Source: the human T2T-CHM13v2.0 reference genome, Homo sapiens. Taken from it: a stretch of 64,000 nt of DNA. Made by a program: the position numbers and the translations under genes. The notes below the pieces were generated by a model. It did no database searches. It worked only from the letters and a program-made list of their open reading frames with translations, and was not told the DNA's origin. How positions within the stretch are numbered: the stretch's first letter is position 1; every line of letters starts with the position of its first letter. The stretch lies in assembly GCF_009914755.1 (NCBI RefSeq), contig NC_060927.1; one strand, 5' to 3'. Positions 29,800-43,194 of the stretch are shown in pieces.

Positions 29800-29985
29800 G
29801 CAGGCGGAGGGTTTCCTTGGAGCAGTGAGTCCTTAATGCTGATCTCACTTTCCAGGGCAGCCATGGCTTCTTCAGCACTTCTCTTTTGTGTCATCAACCC
29901 CTGACATCCTTACCTCAACTCCTCCTTTAGTTGTGAACCAGTTGTGTTGTATTTCTGTCATCTGACACTAAAGAATCCTGACCAA
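29800..29985. mobile_element. MLT1 (K/L-like) MaLR LTR fragment
   Basis: The reverse strand reads gtcaggattctttagtgtcagatgacagaaatacaacacaactgg, like an MLT1K-type terminus. Confidence 0.45.
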
Positions 29986-32900
29986 AATCCCCTCCCGGCT
30001 GCTGCCTCCAACCCACAACAGTGGCTCAATGCTTTACTTTCAGAAACAGGTTATGAACTTCGACATGATGATTTCCTTTTGAAAAACAGATGCATTTTAA
30101 ACAACAACAATAACAAACAACTATCCTTCTGAGCCTTTGGCTCCTCCTCTCACCACTAAGCTGGACCAGAAGCTCTGTTTACCACACTCATGGGGGGACC
30201 TGCAGCTTGAGCCACAGCCCCGTTCAGGATCCGTGGACTGGCCTCAGCTAATGGTTCTTTTATTTTTCTCACTGGTAAAAGTACTGGTGTTGAGTCACTC
30301 ATGGCAGTGTCTTAGTAGACGGTCACGGATCCTCTCAGCCTCTGTCTGCCAGAGAGATACTAGAAGCAAGATTCAGTTTAAAGAAATAAAAGGTGGCAAG
30401 TTTAGGCAACAGAAGGATGGCTTTCTCCTCAAGAATCACTGTTCTGCAGATGGCTTGGTGGGTGGGAGACCCATCCCAGCGGAAACTTGGTTGGCATGTG
30501 GTGAAGATGGAGGGGCCACAGGAGGAAAGGAGCAGGGGTCACTGTGTCACCCCTAGAGGAAAGTCGCATCTATCCAAGGACACTTAGATTGAAGGAGGAC
30601 ATTCTGGATGCCCAGAAAATCCATGCCATTTTAAGAACTTGCTAGTTTCAATCGATTTTCCCTCATTTCTTCCTATTGAAATCTGGGTCTCTTAGTTTAC
30701 ACATTTGGAGGGAACCTGTAGTCCTCTCTCCTGCCTGCCAACATTGACCAGACACAAAGGAAAGAGGGGACCTTTACCACCACCTCTCCCACCCCCGCCA
30801 AAAGTAGCTGAGTTAAGCTGGGATTTGGGGCTTAGTGTCAGGAGCACAGGTATGTTTACTCAAATTTCACACCTGCCAAACACAGAACAGTCACAACCAC
30901 TGCAAGATGTTTGCCTGTGTTTTCTCTATTTAAGAGATATTTGGATTTTTCTTTTTATAGTTTAACTGCCGTTATTTCACTAATGCTACAATTATTCTTA
31001 TTGAAGTTTGATAGTGGTATATTACCTAAAATAGTATTGTTCAAATGTAGATTTACTATAATTAATAGAAATACGTTATTTCTACATTTTTGGATCTTTT
31101 ATAATTAGTATAAATATCATGTTTTCATTTAAATAAAAGTTTCATTAATACTTAAACCATGATTAATGTTTTACATAGATTTAAAACAATAAAGACCATT
31201 TCTGTGAAGAATACTAACAGAAAAGCAAAAGAGAAACTACAAGACCTTAACAAAAACAAAGATCTGTTTAGATATTTATACTCTACATTAGAAACCATAA
31301 TAGTATTTTTTTAGTAGGTAGATTTTTTTAAATATATAAGTTCTATTATAAGATAATATTTAAGTTATACATAATTCCTTCTATATAGCTACACTAGCAT
31401 TGGAAAGGACATCAAACTCAGTAAGTTTGCTCACATATATTTATTAGTTACATCCTGTATAAATTTTTGTCTTAGTTTTTTTTGTTTATTTTACTCTGTA
31501 GAATGTATTGTTCTCCATATTTTATTTTGTGTAGGTCGCAAAAGAATATTTTTCTCAATAAAATCTTGAAGCACCTAATATAAAAAAAAATCCATCAATT
31601 TGTTATTAAGTGTATGAACTACAGAGACTGACCAAAGCAGTGAGAAAGAATGTCAGAACAAACTGTGACTCTGCAATTTGAGTCTGGGAGGTCACCAGAG
31701 GTCCTCCTCAAGACCAATTCATTTTAAAATGCACAGTCTTTGAAGTAATACCTCTTGATGCCAATGCCTGTGTTAGAAGCTATAATCAAAAACTGTAAAT
31801 CTTTTTGTCACCATGAATTTTATAAAGCAATCAATCTCAATCCCTCAGGACAAGAACTTTGGGGAAAAAATTGTGTTTCTCCCATCTGGAAAGACTAGTA
31901 AATCATTTTCAAATTGATATCTTGTGTGATGTTAATATAGATATAGATATATAGTCCATCTATTTTGAAAATGTAATGAATAATTTAATGATTTGCTAGG
32001 AACCGTATTTTCAGCATCATTATTGCCTCACGGTAAACATACCTGAAAGGTTAGGGTGAAGCTATTCTCCTTTAAGATGTATTTGCTAGGTATTAATAGT
32101 ATTTTTGTTTGATTTTTGGAAGTATTAAGGTTTAAGAAAAAATGAATGAAATTTTCTTAAAAATTTAATCTTTAAAACATATTCTGGAGACCCACTAGAA
32201 TTTAACTATCCCTCTCATGATGATTTCGTATTGTTCAAATTGTTTTCATGTGGATGAAGCGACATTGTATTCTTTAAATTTTAAGTATGTAGTTCTTTAC
32301 TGCACACCAAACCGAAATTGAGTAAAAAAGTGCATTGAACTAATATTTCAGTGGCATCCTCACATGTTAGTGTTCACATTCTCTTTCTCAAGGGCATTTC
32401 TTGCACTTATGTTAGTACCTAATTCCTTCATAATTAATACCGTATGCTTGTATATGTGTTCATTTTTTCTTGTAACATGTTTATGGAAAACAAACAAACA
32501 AAAAAGTAACTTGGTCTTCAGAGTCAGTGATTATGTCCTCTGAAATGCAGTTAGCCTTTAATGTTATACAGAGACATGCATGGTGAGATCTTGCTCTTAA
32601 TAAGGCAGATCTGGTCTTCACCACCACCACAGCAAATGTGCTCAAGGCATTTTTATGAATGCAACTAGTTCAGGTATTATTAGAGCATTCAACTCATATA
32701 CTTGAATTTATTTCTATTGTTGACATATAAACATAATATGGGTTTTTAGATTTCAAACTTCCAGAAGATTATAAGTAAGCAAAGTATTTCTCTCATAAGT
32801 TCATCCAGCACAATATTCAAAGCTGTCATATGTGTTTAGCTGAAGAGTGCTGAGGACAATGGCTATGTTGGTATGACATGTTAAAAATGCATTGAATTAA

Positions 32901-34309
32901 AGAAAATCAGAAGTATTGTACTTTTTGCCAAATCCTGTAACTGAATCATATATTGTGAACAAGCTGATCAGATATTCAAAAACTGGCTTGTACCAGTTGA
33001 GATAAAAAGAAAAACTTGGAATTTTACATGGTTTATATATATTATATGTAGATATATGACATACATATTTAAAATGTAGATACAAGTAGCCAAATTAACA
33101 AAAATTACACAAATTGCACCTTATCTCATTGTGTTAGTTTTAAATTATTTTATTTAGCTTATAAGCTTGAATTTGCCTTGGAATGTTAGAATTTGGAAAG
33201 ATTAAAAATTTATTGCCAAAATTGTACAATGCAGACCATCATCCCACCACCTCACTTTTTTTCTCCTTTCATTCACCATAGCATTCCTTCACTTTGTGAG
33301 ATGACTTTGTGCCCTTGGGACCTAATGACAACTTTAATGATTGTTTACAGCTTGTGTATTGTGTATGTGTTTATGTACATTTGATTGATTTTCCGCATAA
33401 AAAATAGTCAAATGAAAGGATGATTGGGTATTTTAATGAACTGAGACTCCAGAAAAAAAAGTCAAATAAAAAGAGCTGTTAGGAAGAATATTTTCATAGC
33501 CTATGGTGGAAAACATATTCAATGCTTTTGAGAATTAAGTATTTATTTTTGTTGAGTGTTTATTTGATTTTCTCCAGCTAGCTATTAATTTCAGGAAAAA
33601 AAATCAATCTATGTAAGACAATCCTAACGGAAGGTAATCTTTTAATTCTATTTTGCAGTTCAACTGCTTGAGTTAAATATGTTTAAAATATAGAAGTATT
33701 GATAAATGTGGGGATATCTGTTAGAATAGGATGTATGATGGCTTGGTCTTCATATTATCCTGAGGTTTTACTAATGCAATATTTATAAATGTAAAAAATT
33801 TCCTGTCAGGTGCAAATAGTGTTTGCTTACTTTGAATAGCATCTTAATTAAAATTCACGTGTTTTAAAGTTTGTTACTTCCAAAATCAAAGTGGGGAAAA
33901 TTGATTTGACCAAAACAAATAATAAAGTGATGAAAAGAGTTTAGCAGTTTAGATAGACCTTCCTATTTTACAGTTATATTCATGGTAGATATATTGGATG
34001 TGTTAAAAATATACTTCAGATATGACAAGTTAATAGAAAGCAGGAGTGATTTTAAGAAGTCACTAACTGTTGGATAAATCATTAGTGCAAATGTTCAGAA
34101 ATTTCCAGTATTTAAATGCATAATACTGTGAAGAACTTGAGAAAAAGTTAGCTATTTGGGGTAAATGTTGCCTTGCTTACCCTGAAAGGCCTATTTGGAT
34201 ATATTTACATATTACTATACTTAGAAAATCCTTAACTATGATTTACTCAAAATCTCTGTATCCTAGAACAGTTTTGATGGCCTGACCTAGCATTATTGAT
34301 TGATAATAG

Positions 34310-34530
34310 TACAAATAGCAATTTAATTGAGTCATTACCCTGTTTCTAACAATGTGCTAATAGGTTTATATCATTATCTTATTTTATCCTTACCATAGCT
34401 ATTATCCCCACACTGCAGGAGAGATTGAGAGCCAGAGATTGGAAGTAACCATTCATGGCGCCCGTCAGTGGCGGAAAAACAACTTGAACTCATTAGTCAA
34501 GCCAAACCCTAAGCTCTCTGTGATACTGCT
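34310..34530 (-). mobile_element. MIR
   Basis: atttaattgag...tgtgctaatagg...attatcccca...gagagattgagagccagaga...acttgaactc. Confidence 0.65.
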
Positions 34531-34553
34531 CCTCTGACTCAGAATCCTTAACA

Positions 34554-34647
34554 AATTCAAGGATCTATTTTTGTGATCAAGGTTGCCCTCACTCAAAAGT
34601 AATTCAAAGATTTATTTTTGAGATCAACGTTGACCTCACTCAAAAGT
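34554..34647. repeat. 47-bp tandem duplication
   Basis: Copies 34554-34600 and 34601-34647, about 5 mismatches. Confidence 0.9.
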
Positions 34648-34720
34648 AAAGATGAAAGTAGCGTTCCTATAGAAATTAAAAAGCTTTGATTCCGAGCAAG
34701 GATTTCTTAAAAGCTCCTAG

Positions 34721-34812
34721 TTTTTTTTTAAATTTTAATTTTATTTTAAGTTTTGGAGTACACGTGCAGGATGTGCAGGTTTGTCACATAGGTAAACATG
34801 TGCCATAGTGGT
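34721..34812 (-). mobile_element. Very short L1PA 3' end (~90 bp) with TSD
   Basis: tacacgtgcaggatgtgcaggtttg; TSD ttaaaagctcctag / ttaaaatctcctga. Confidence 0.85.
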
Positions 34813-34903
34813 TTAAAATCTCCTGAATTTTTAAATAGAAAGAGATTCTACATTCCTGACTTCCAATAATATATGATTATTATTAGAATAATATATTCTA
34901 ACA

Positions 34904-34977
34904 CCAGCCTGTGTGACAGCGTGAGACCCTGTCACGAAAATAAAATAAATAAAATAAAATAAAAAGTAAATAAAAGT
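34904..34977 (+). mobile_element. Alu 3' tip with (AAAAT)n tail
   Basis: ccagcctgtgtgacagcgtgagaccctgtc plus tail. Confidence 0.75.
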
Positions 34978-35599
34978 AGACATAGATATATGCGTGCATA
35001 TATATGGAACACTGTAAAATATATAAAGCATTATATATAGAGAAAAATTTTCAGGCCTTCATAAGTAATTTAACTATAAATGGATTATAAAAATCACTTT
35101 CAAAAACATCTTTAAAATATTTGGTTTTAGAGACCAACCAATAGACAATTTCGTATTTCACTAAATATATTAAACTCTATTACTGTATTGATTATAAAAA
35201 TGAAGCATATTTGGATTACATCTTCTCAATTCCTCTATGAAGTTATTTTACTATTTCATTATTTCCTTTGCATTGGAGAAGAGATAATACCAGGAATTCG
35301 TTTGAAGAATACTTACTAAAAATCTGAAACTTTCACTGAGAAGATACTATATTTTTACACATCACAAATATTTTTTGAAAAAAATTCTATAAAATTACAG
35401 AGCCGTTGCTATACATTTTGAGGTTTACTTAATGCAACAATAAATATTTAATATAGTATGAAAGTTTTTAAATCTTAACTCTGGGAAAACTCAAAACCAA
35501 ATTTAATATTTAGCTGTAATTATAATCCTTGCTGTACGTGTTTGTATTACTCTTCGCTAAACCTCAGAACCATACACTGTTTAATGTATTAATTGCTTA

Positions 35600-36600
35600 G
35601 TTGAGTTCTCTCTATGTCTAAGATTCAACTCAGGATCTTCTCTTCCAAATCTGATCTTCCTCCAATATTCTCTGCGTTAGTAAAATGGAACTACCCTCTC
35701 CACCTCTTGACGTCATTCTTGACACCTCTTTGTTTTTCATACTCGGTCACAAAACTTGCCAATTTCACCTCTTGAATATTGTTCGCTTGTTTTCACTTTT
35801 TTTTTCTTTCCAGAGCTACCACCTCTTGACTGCTGCTTACCTGTCATACCACAGTATTTCTATGCCACTTTTTGTCATCTTCAATTTACTTTCTACATAG
35901 AAGACATTATTTGAAGAATTAAAGACAAAATACGACCAGGGTACAGTGGTCATGCCCGTAATTGCCTCACTTTGGAAGGCGGAGGTGGGAGGATCCCTTG
36001 AGCCCAGGAGTTCAAGACCAGCCTGGGCAGCATAGGGAGACCTTGTTCCTACAAAAAATAAAAATAAAAAAATTAAACAGGTGTGGTGGTGCATGTGTTT
36101 GATGCCAGCTACTGGAAAGTCTAAGGTGGGAGGATCTCTTGAACCTGGGAAGTCCAGGCTGCAGTGAGCTGTGATCACGCCACTGCACTCCAGCCTTGGT
36201 GACAGAGAAAGACCCTGACTCAAAAGCAAAATAAAATGAGATTATGTCATGCCCTCAGTTAGAGCTATTCAAGGATTTCTTGGTTTAAGAATATAGAGCC
36301 AAATTAATATGTCCCCTGAGCTCTGTAAAATTTGGCACCCTCCTGTCCTTACAGGCTGGGTTTTGTCATTCTCTTCTTCATTGCCCATACCCTATTTACC
36401 TTGGCTTTATTTTGGATTTTTGTAGATACCTCGTTTCTTTTCTCTCAGAACTTTTACACAACCGCTTCTACCATTTTGAAATATCCCCCTAACCTCTCAC
36501 TCACCTTTTACTATTAAACCCTTCTTCAGCTTTCAAAATTAAGCCAAAGCACAATTTCCTAAAAACAACTCTGTTCCCTTTACCAAATCATTTCTGCATG
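35600..36600 (+). mobile_element. L2 remnant interrupted by AluJ
   Basis: Pyrimidine-rich L2 motifs (gtcattcttgacacctct, attatgtcatgccctc, ccttcttcagc). Confidence 0.5.
35934..36235 (+). mobile_element. AluJ
   Basis: ggaggatcccttgagcccaggagttc; dimeric. Confidence 0.92.
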
Positions 36601-36720
36601 ACTTTTTGCTCCGAAGGAAAGTTAATGGGTCATGATGTTTAAGTAGTTTCTAGAAAGAAATTTAGCAGCAGTGGTACCTCTTCCACAAACTGAAGATTGT
36701 GAAGAATTAATGAGTAATAA

Positions 36721-37070
36721 GGCTGGGAGCAGGGGCTCACAACTGTAATCTCAGCACTTTGAGAGGCTGACTTAGGAAGATTGCTTGAGGCCAGGAGTTC
36801 TAGATGAGCTTGGTCAACATAGTGAGACCCTGATTCTACAAAAATGAAAAACAAAACAAAGCAAACAAACAAACAAAAACTAGCCTGGCATGATGGTGTG
36901 TGCCTGCAGTCCTAGCTACTTGGGAGGCTGAGGTGGAAGGATTGCTTGATTGTGCTTGAGCCTGGAAGCCCCAGACTGCAGTGAGCAATAGGGCAAGACC
37001 CTGCCTCTTTAAACAAAACAAAACAAAACCAAAAAAAAAAAAAAAAAAAAAAAGAAGAAGAAGAAAAAAA
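36721..37070 (+). mobile_element. AluJ (right-arm deletion) with compound tail
   Basis: Dimeric Alu; degenerate TSD aattaatgagtaataa / acttaatcagcaataa. Confidence 0.9.
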
Positions 37071-38090
37071 CGGACTTAATCAGCAATAATTTTGTTTAAA
37101 AAATAAGATACTGGAATTGAAGTGTGAAACTGAAATATTGAAGTATAGATAGCAAGAAAAGATTGTGCTTTGGAAAATTTTGAGGTAAAGGCAAGAGTGG
37201 ATAATAGTTCAGCAATATTTTCTTCCAGATGAATGAGACAACACATTTCTAAAGAGAATGGAAGGATTCAGCGCAGTAAATGTAGGTATGTGTGGACTTA
37301 CATGTACATAGAAGAAAAGACTAAAAAATAAGTGTCCAATTTGATGAATAGTAAATGCATAGGAACTTCAACATAAAAGCCAGGTAGGTAATAATTGACG
37401 ATGACTAATCTAATTCTGGAATGGATGAAAAATTAATTTTTTTGAAACTCTGGGTATCTTGCATGAACCAGTTGTTCTAAAACTTCAGAATTTGTTAAGT
37501 TTTGATGTTGCAAAAGCAGAAGGAGTGAAATTGCGTAGCAACTACCATACAAACTATAGAGATATGTTCTATTTTTTGCCACCCAATGAGTTAGATTTCC
37601 CACAATTCCTAGTGTCAAAAATGTAAACACATAACTGCTATCTAAGTGACAGAGATATCCCTCTTATTCTGAGCAGTGCACTAAAGTCGGAGATGCTCTC
37701 TCTGCAGCGGGGGTTAGGCCTTCTTTTGTATCTTAAGGACATGTGCTTTTTCTTTTTAATTTTCCCTCACATCTGAAGGAGCAAACATATTTGAAAACTC
37801 CTTGAAGAAGTACCATTTTCACTTAGATGCCACCATAGTCTTATTTGGAGAAGTAAAAAATACAATAATCTTTCCATAAAGTTTACAAATAAACAAGGGC
37901 AAAATATTAAAGCCAATGTGTCACTTTCTCTTATAAACTAACACACAGTTTGTGGCTTAATCTAAAAAAAAACTACATTATGGCAATTTAATGTTTGCAA
38001 GCTCTCCAGAAGTCCTTTTGACATTTTAAGACAAATATTTCACTACATTCTCAGTAGTGAAATACTTCACTTCATTGTGGTTTACTTACA

Positions 38091-38302
38091 TTTATGCCAG
38101 AGTCATGCCAAATGAATCCAGTGTTCTTCTAGCGTTTGGGAGACTTTAATGTAAATGCATCCTTAAACATTATTCCAGATTTTCAACTCATTTCCATTTT
38201 AAACCTATCTCTTCTTTCCTTTTTTGTGTATTATGTGCTGATTTTTCTCATACAGCTCATTCCAATGTACTTGCCTTTTTGTGTAATTTGTGTATACACT
38301 AA
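38091..38302 (+). repeat. Dispersed direct duplication, copy 1 (copy 2 at 39308-39522)
   Basis: By-eye alignment: about 24 mismatches and no indels over the first ~172 bp. Confidence 0.92.
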
Positions 38303-38399
38303 ATCCCAAATGCTCTTTATCATCTTCCAAAAGAAGAGTATAGCTAATATTATGAGATTATATTTAGGGAAATTGAGAAAATAAAATGGGAATTTTTCT

Positions 38400-38990
38400 G
38401 GTCAGCATCATATTAAGTACTGAAATCAAATAAAGGGATATTTGAGTTGGGTCTTAAGGAATACTAAGAAGTTTGCCAGTTGACTAAGGGTAAAAATGCA
38501 GAGATATGGTCAGGGGCCATGTTGTGAAGAGCTTTCTGTGCTATACCAGGAAATTCAAATTTTATATTGCCACAGATAATGAATCACCAAGGACATCAAA
38601 TAGAAAGTCATATGATCCAACGTGAATTTTAAAGGGCTAATTTTGAAAGCGTACTGGAGGAGGATAATAGCAAGGGAAGGGAATGGAGGCAGGAGACCTG
38701 TTAGTAGACTGCTGTCTTAACTTGGATTAAAGATGATAAAGTCACTTTTAATGAAGGCACTAAAATTGAATGAAGACGTATTTATAACATTGAATTGATT
38801 GAACCCTGTCACTAGATGTGAAAGATGTAAGTATAGCAGAAGTTAGATGGCCCCAAATTTTCTACCTGAAACAACTATATTTCAGGAAAAAAACTCAAAA
38901 TCAAGAATGGATGGTAGGTTTGAAAGTACAAAAATCTGTTAATATTGACATCTGGTTTCATTTCCTGAACAGATTTACATTCAAATTCTG
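38400..38990 (-). mobile_element. L2 fragment
   Basis: tttgagttgggtcttaagga, ggaggcaggagacctgttagtagactgc, ccccaaattttctacctga. Confidence 0.6.
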
Positions 38991-39307
38991 CCTTACTGAC
39001 AACTCTTGAGTATTCTCTATAGTTATACCTTTTCTGCTTCCTGCCTGATGATTCCTTCTCTTTGCATCCTCCCTGGTTAATCATCAGTTCTTGATACATA
39101 AAGGAAGAAAGGAATACAGGCTGCCAAGTTTGGTCCAGCGGTTAGAAAATGTAGAACAGAGCTATTTCAATTTATTCTCTCATTTCAAATCCTAGTTAAA
39201 ATAATTCCTTATATAAGTGTTTGTATTCATATGCATATCGCCACTAAGGCATATCATATCCCAAGACTTGTGAATTTTAATTCTTATTGCATGACTTTTA
39301 GAGAATG

Positions 39308-39522
39308 TTTATGCCAGAGTCATGCTAAACTAATCTAGTGTTCCTCTAGCATTAGGGAGACTATTAGGTAAATTCACTCTTGAGCATTATACCAGATTAT
39401 CAACTCATTTCCATTTTAAACCTATCTCTCCTTTTCCTTTTTTGTATATTACGTGCTGATTTTTCTCGTGCAGCTCATTCAGACCATATTTGCCATTTGT
39501 GTGTAATTTGTATAGGCACTAA
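39308..39522 (+). repeat. Dispersed direct duplication, copy 2
   Basis: See 38091-38302. Confidence 0.92.
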
Positions 39523-40629
39523 GATCTATCTCTTCTATAATTTGATATTTTCTACTGTAATTGTGGATTTTTTAAAAAGGATTTGGCTTTAAAATAGAAA
39601 GAATTGGATTAAACAAGCTAGTAAAATTACATGAGGTCTGAGTTTTGCCGAAACAGTTAAAAAGAGTTAAACTCCTTTTAGAGCAGAATACTTTAAGCTA
39701 CAACAAGTTATTGGCTAAAGGCAATTTGGAGTGAAAAGAGGAAACAAAATGTTTTAGGGACACTGAAGTGCATCACCACTGAAAGCTCTTTGTAGGTGAT
39801 AGTGAAAGAAAATAAATAAGTGTGCAGGAGAATTATAATGATTCTGCTGAAAAAGAGTCTAAATTAGGTAGAAAAAGAAAGAGGCACAACCACAATGGAT
39901 GGACAGCCTCAAACAAGAGATCCAGTGACCTATGTGAGGACTGGTGGAACGGTTTACTTCTAATGGTAGACAAAATTGGGTAGGCCAATAACCCGATTAA
40001 CAATATCCTATTCAAAGGATGCAAAGGTGTCATTTTCCAATAGAAAGAATAAGTATTTAAGCCATACTTTGACTAGTGCACTCTGAAGTACAAAAATGCA
40101 TTCTGTCTTTGAAAATGTGTTACTGTAGGTTATATATAGAGTTTGACGTGGTACGATGAAGACATGCTGTTGTAAACTGATCTATTGTGTGGTGGCTGAT
40201 AGAGTGAAAAAGCAATATGACTTCAGAAAAGAGGTTACTCTAGGGGTCTTATTAGAGTATATAAAGGCTTAGGAAGCTAACACAGGACTAGAGAAAGATG
40301 GATTTGTACTGAGCTGCAGTAGCATTCATGAACATGACTGAAAATCCCAACAAACCTTGTGCACTTCACCTGCTGAGTTAAATGTTAATAAAAATTTCAA
40401 ATCTTATAACTTTTATAGTGCTAGTACCATTTTAAATGAAGATTAATGAAAGTTCAGTATACTTTAGTTTATTAATTAATTGATTAAAAATACACCCATT
40501 TAAATAAGTGGGATGATTCTTTACGAAGAAAGTGATTACCAAATCGTGGATTAGTATTAAAATATCTTTGATAAAAATGTCACAGATTTCCCTACTGAAC
40601 AGCGTAACAATCATAGTTTATACCAAACC

Positions 40630-40815
40630 CAAATGTTGGTAAATGACTAGGAACTGGTTTTCTGAAGGGTAGAGGAGGCTCTAATTTGTTGGATTACCCA
40701 GTTTCCATGGTTTAAAAACACCACCAAGGTTTATTTCAAGCTAACAAATTGACCTTACGAAAGACAGAGTTGAGAAGTTATGCAAAATGGGATCTGAGGA
40801 GTTTGTTATGCCACC
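40630..40815. mobile_element. MER63A-like hAT element
   Basis: tgttggtaaatg...tttccatggtttaaa...caccaagg...atttcaagctaacaa...agagttgagaag. Confidence 0.55.
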
Positions 40816-40861
40816 AAATTTAGATTAAAAGCATCATTTCATGAACGATGTCATATCATAA

Positions 40862-41152
40862 TTTTGTTTTATTTTTTTGAGATGGGGTCTCAATCTTTCA
40901 CCCAAGCTGGAGTGATCTCAGCTCACTGCAACCTCTGCCTCCCAGGTTCAAGCTATCCTTCTGCCTCAACCTCCCAAGTCACTGTGATTACACCCATATG
41001 CCACCATGCCCAGCTATTTTTTATATTTTCAGTAGAGACCAGGTTTAGCCATGTTGGCCAGACTGGTCTTGAACTCCTGACCTCAAGTGATCTGCCCACA
41101 CTTTAGCGGACCAAAGTTATGGGATTAAAGGAGTGAGCCAACATGCCGGGCC
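40862..41152 (-). mobile_element. Alu (old S/J)
   Basis: Dimeric; TSD about atcataattt on both sides. Confidence 0.92.
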
Positions 41153-41920
41153 CACATCATAATTTCTTTGAAAAGCCTTACACATATATAGAATTTGAAT
41201 CAGAATAATGTTATTGGAAATGTGGATCATGGGTAATTTTCTTGATATGTATTGAATCTCAATTTACTTACCTCTCAAATGGATTACTGTAAAAAGTATA
41301 GGAGATAATGCCTGGGACAATATCTATAAATAGTATTTCACTATTTCTAATGTGTTTTCTTATAATAATTAGTTCTATTGCCAAATAAGTGAAAATTGAC
41401 AATATATAGTAACTTAACTGTAGAAATTTACAATTACAGTTTTTTGGGACAGAAGGTCACCAATAAAAGCTGTAAGGTGAATTCTCTTGATGGCATATGA
41501 CCAGTTTGTATTTATGCCAAAACCAAAACTAAGGTATCCTAGGTCCTATGTAATTCGTTTTTTTTTTTTCTGTATCATGCTTTTGCATTACCAACTAATA
41601 GAAAAGTCATGGTTACATCAACTGGATACATACAGCCTCTAATAAAGGGACAAGTGGAGCGCTAATAAAGATTAGGAGTATCCTTTGCTACAAAATTATC
41701 ATCCTATTGAAAATAAAACAAAAAGAATAATGCACAATTTTAAAAATGGGATTAATAGAAAGTAAGAAACTTGCTTAAGGTAACATAGTACAGAAAACTA
41801 GCAAAATGCATCACACTACAATTATGTATAATTTGAAAATATGTAGTCATGGGCTTTAGGACAGTTATGAATTTTCCTTATTAAAATGCTGATTTTAAAA
41901 ATAGCCATTTGAGAAGTCAT

Positions 41921-42309
<389 letters not shown>

Positions 42310-42442
42310 TCAGAAACAAACATATTTTCCTTTGTGCATATCACTAAAATGAAGAAAAGTACACCTGAAAGGAAATAAAGTGGGCAAAAATAGTGAAAGC
42401 ATTGGTAGAGGGGCTTCCATTTGATGCATACATGTTGATATA

Positions 42443-42828
42443 TGTACTGATCTCTTCTCATACTGCTATAAAGAAATACCTGAAACTGGGTAATCTATAA
42501 GAAAAGAGGTTTATTTGGCTCATGGTTCTGCAGGCTGCAGAAGAAGCATAGTGGCTTCTGAGAAGGACTCAGGAAACTTACAATCATGGCAGAAGGGGAA
42601 GGGGAAGCAGGAACGTCTACAAGGGCTGAGAACGAGAAAGAGAGGGCGGCAGGGAGCCACATACTTTTAAACAGTCGGATCTTGTGAGTACTCACACACT
42701 ATCACAAGAGCAGCACAGGGGGAAATCCACCCTCACGATCCAATCACCTTCCACCAAGCCCCACCTCCAATATTGGGGATTACAATTTGACATAAATTTG
42801 GGTGGGGACACAGATGTAAACAGTATCA
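42443..42828 (-). mobile_element. MSTA-like solo LTR (MaLR)
   Basis: TGTA...ATCA ends, TSD atata/gtata, MST motifs (ggctcatggttctgcaggctg, cttacaatcatggcagaagg). Confidence 0.9.
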
Positions 42829-42870
42829 GTATAGAAACACAATACTGTGTCTCACAGCTTTAAGTGCTAG

Positions 42871-43194
<324 letters not shown>

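Noticed and set aside
30137-30556. 139-aa ORF in the GC-rich block
   Set aside because: Starts at TTG, has no recognisable domain or splice structure, and is expected by chance at higher GC.
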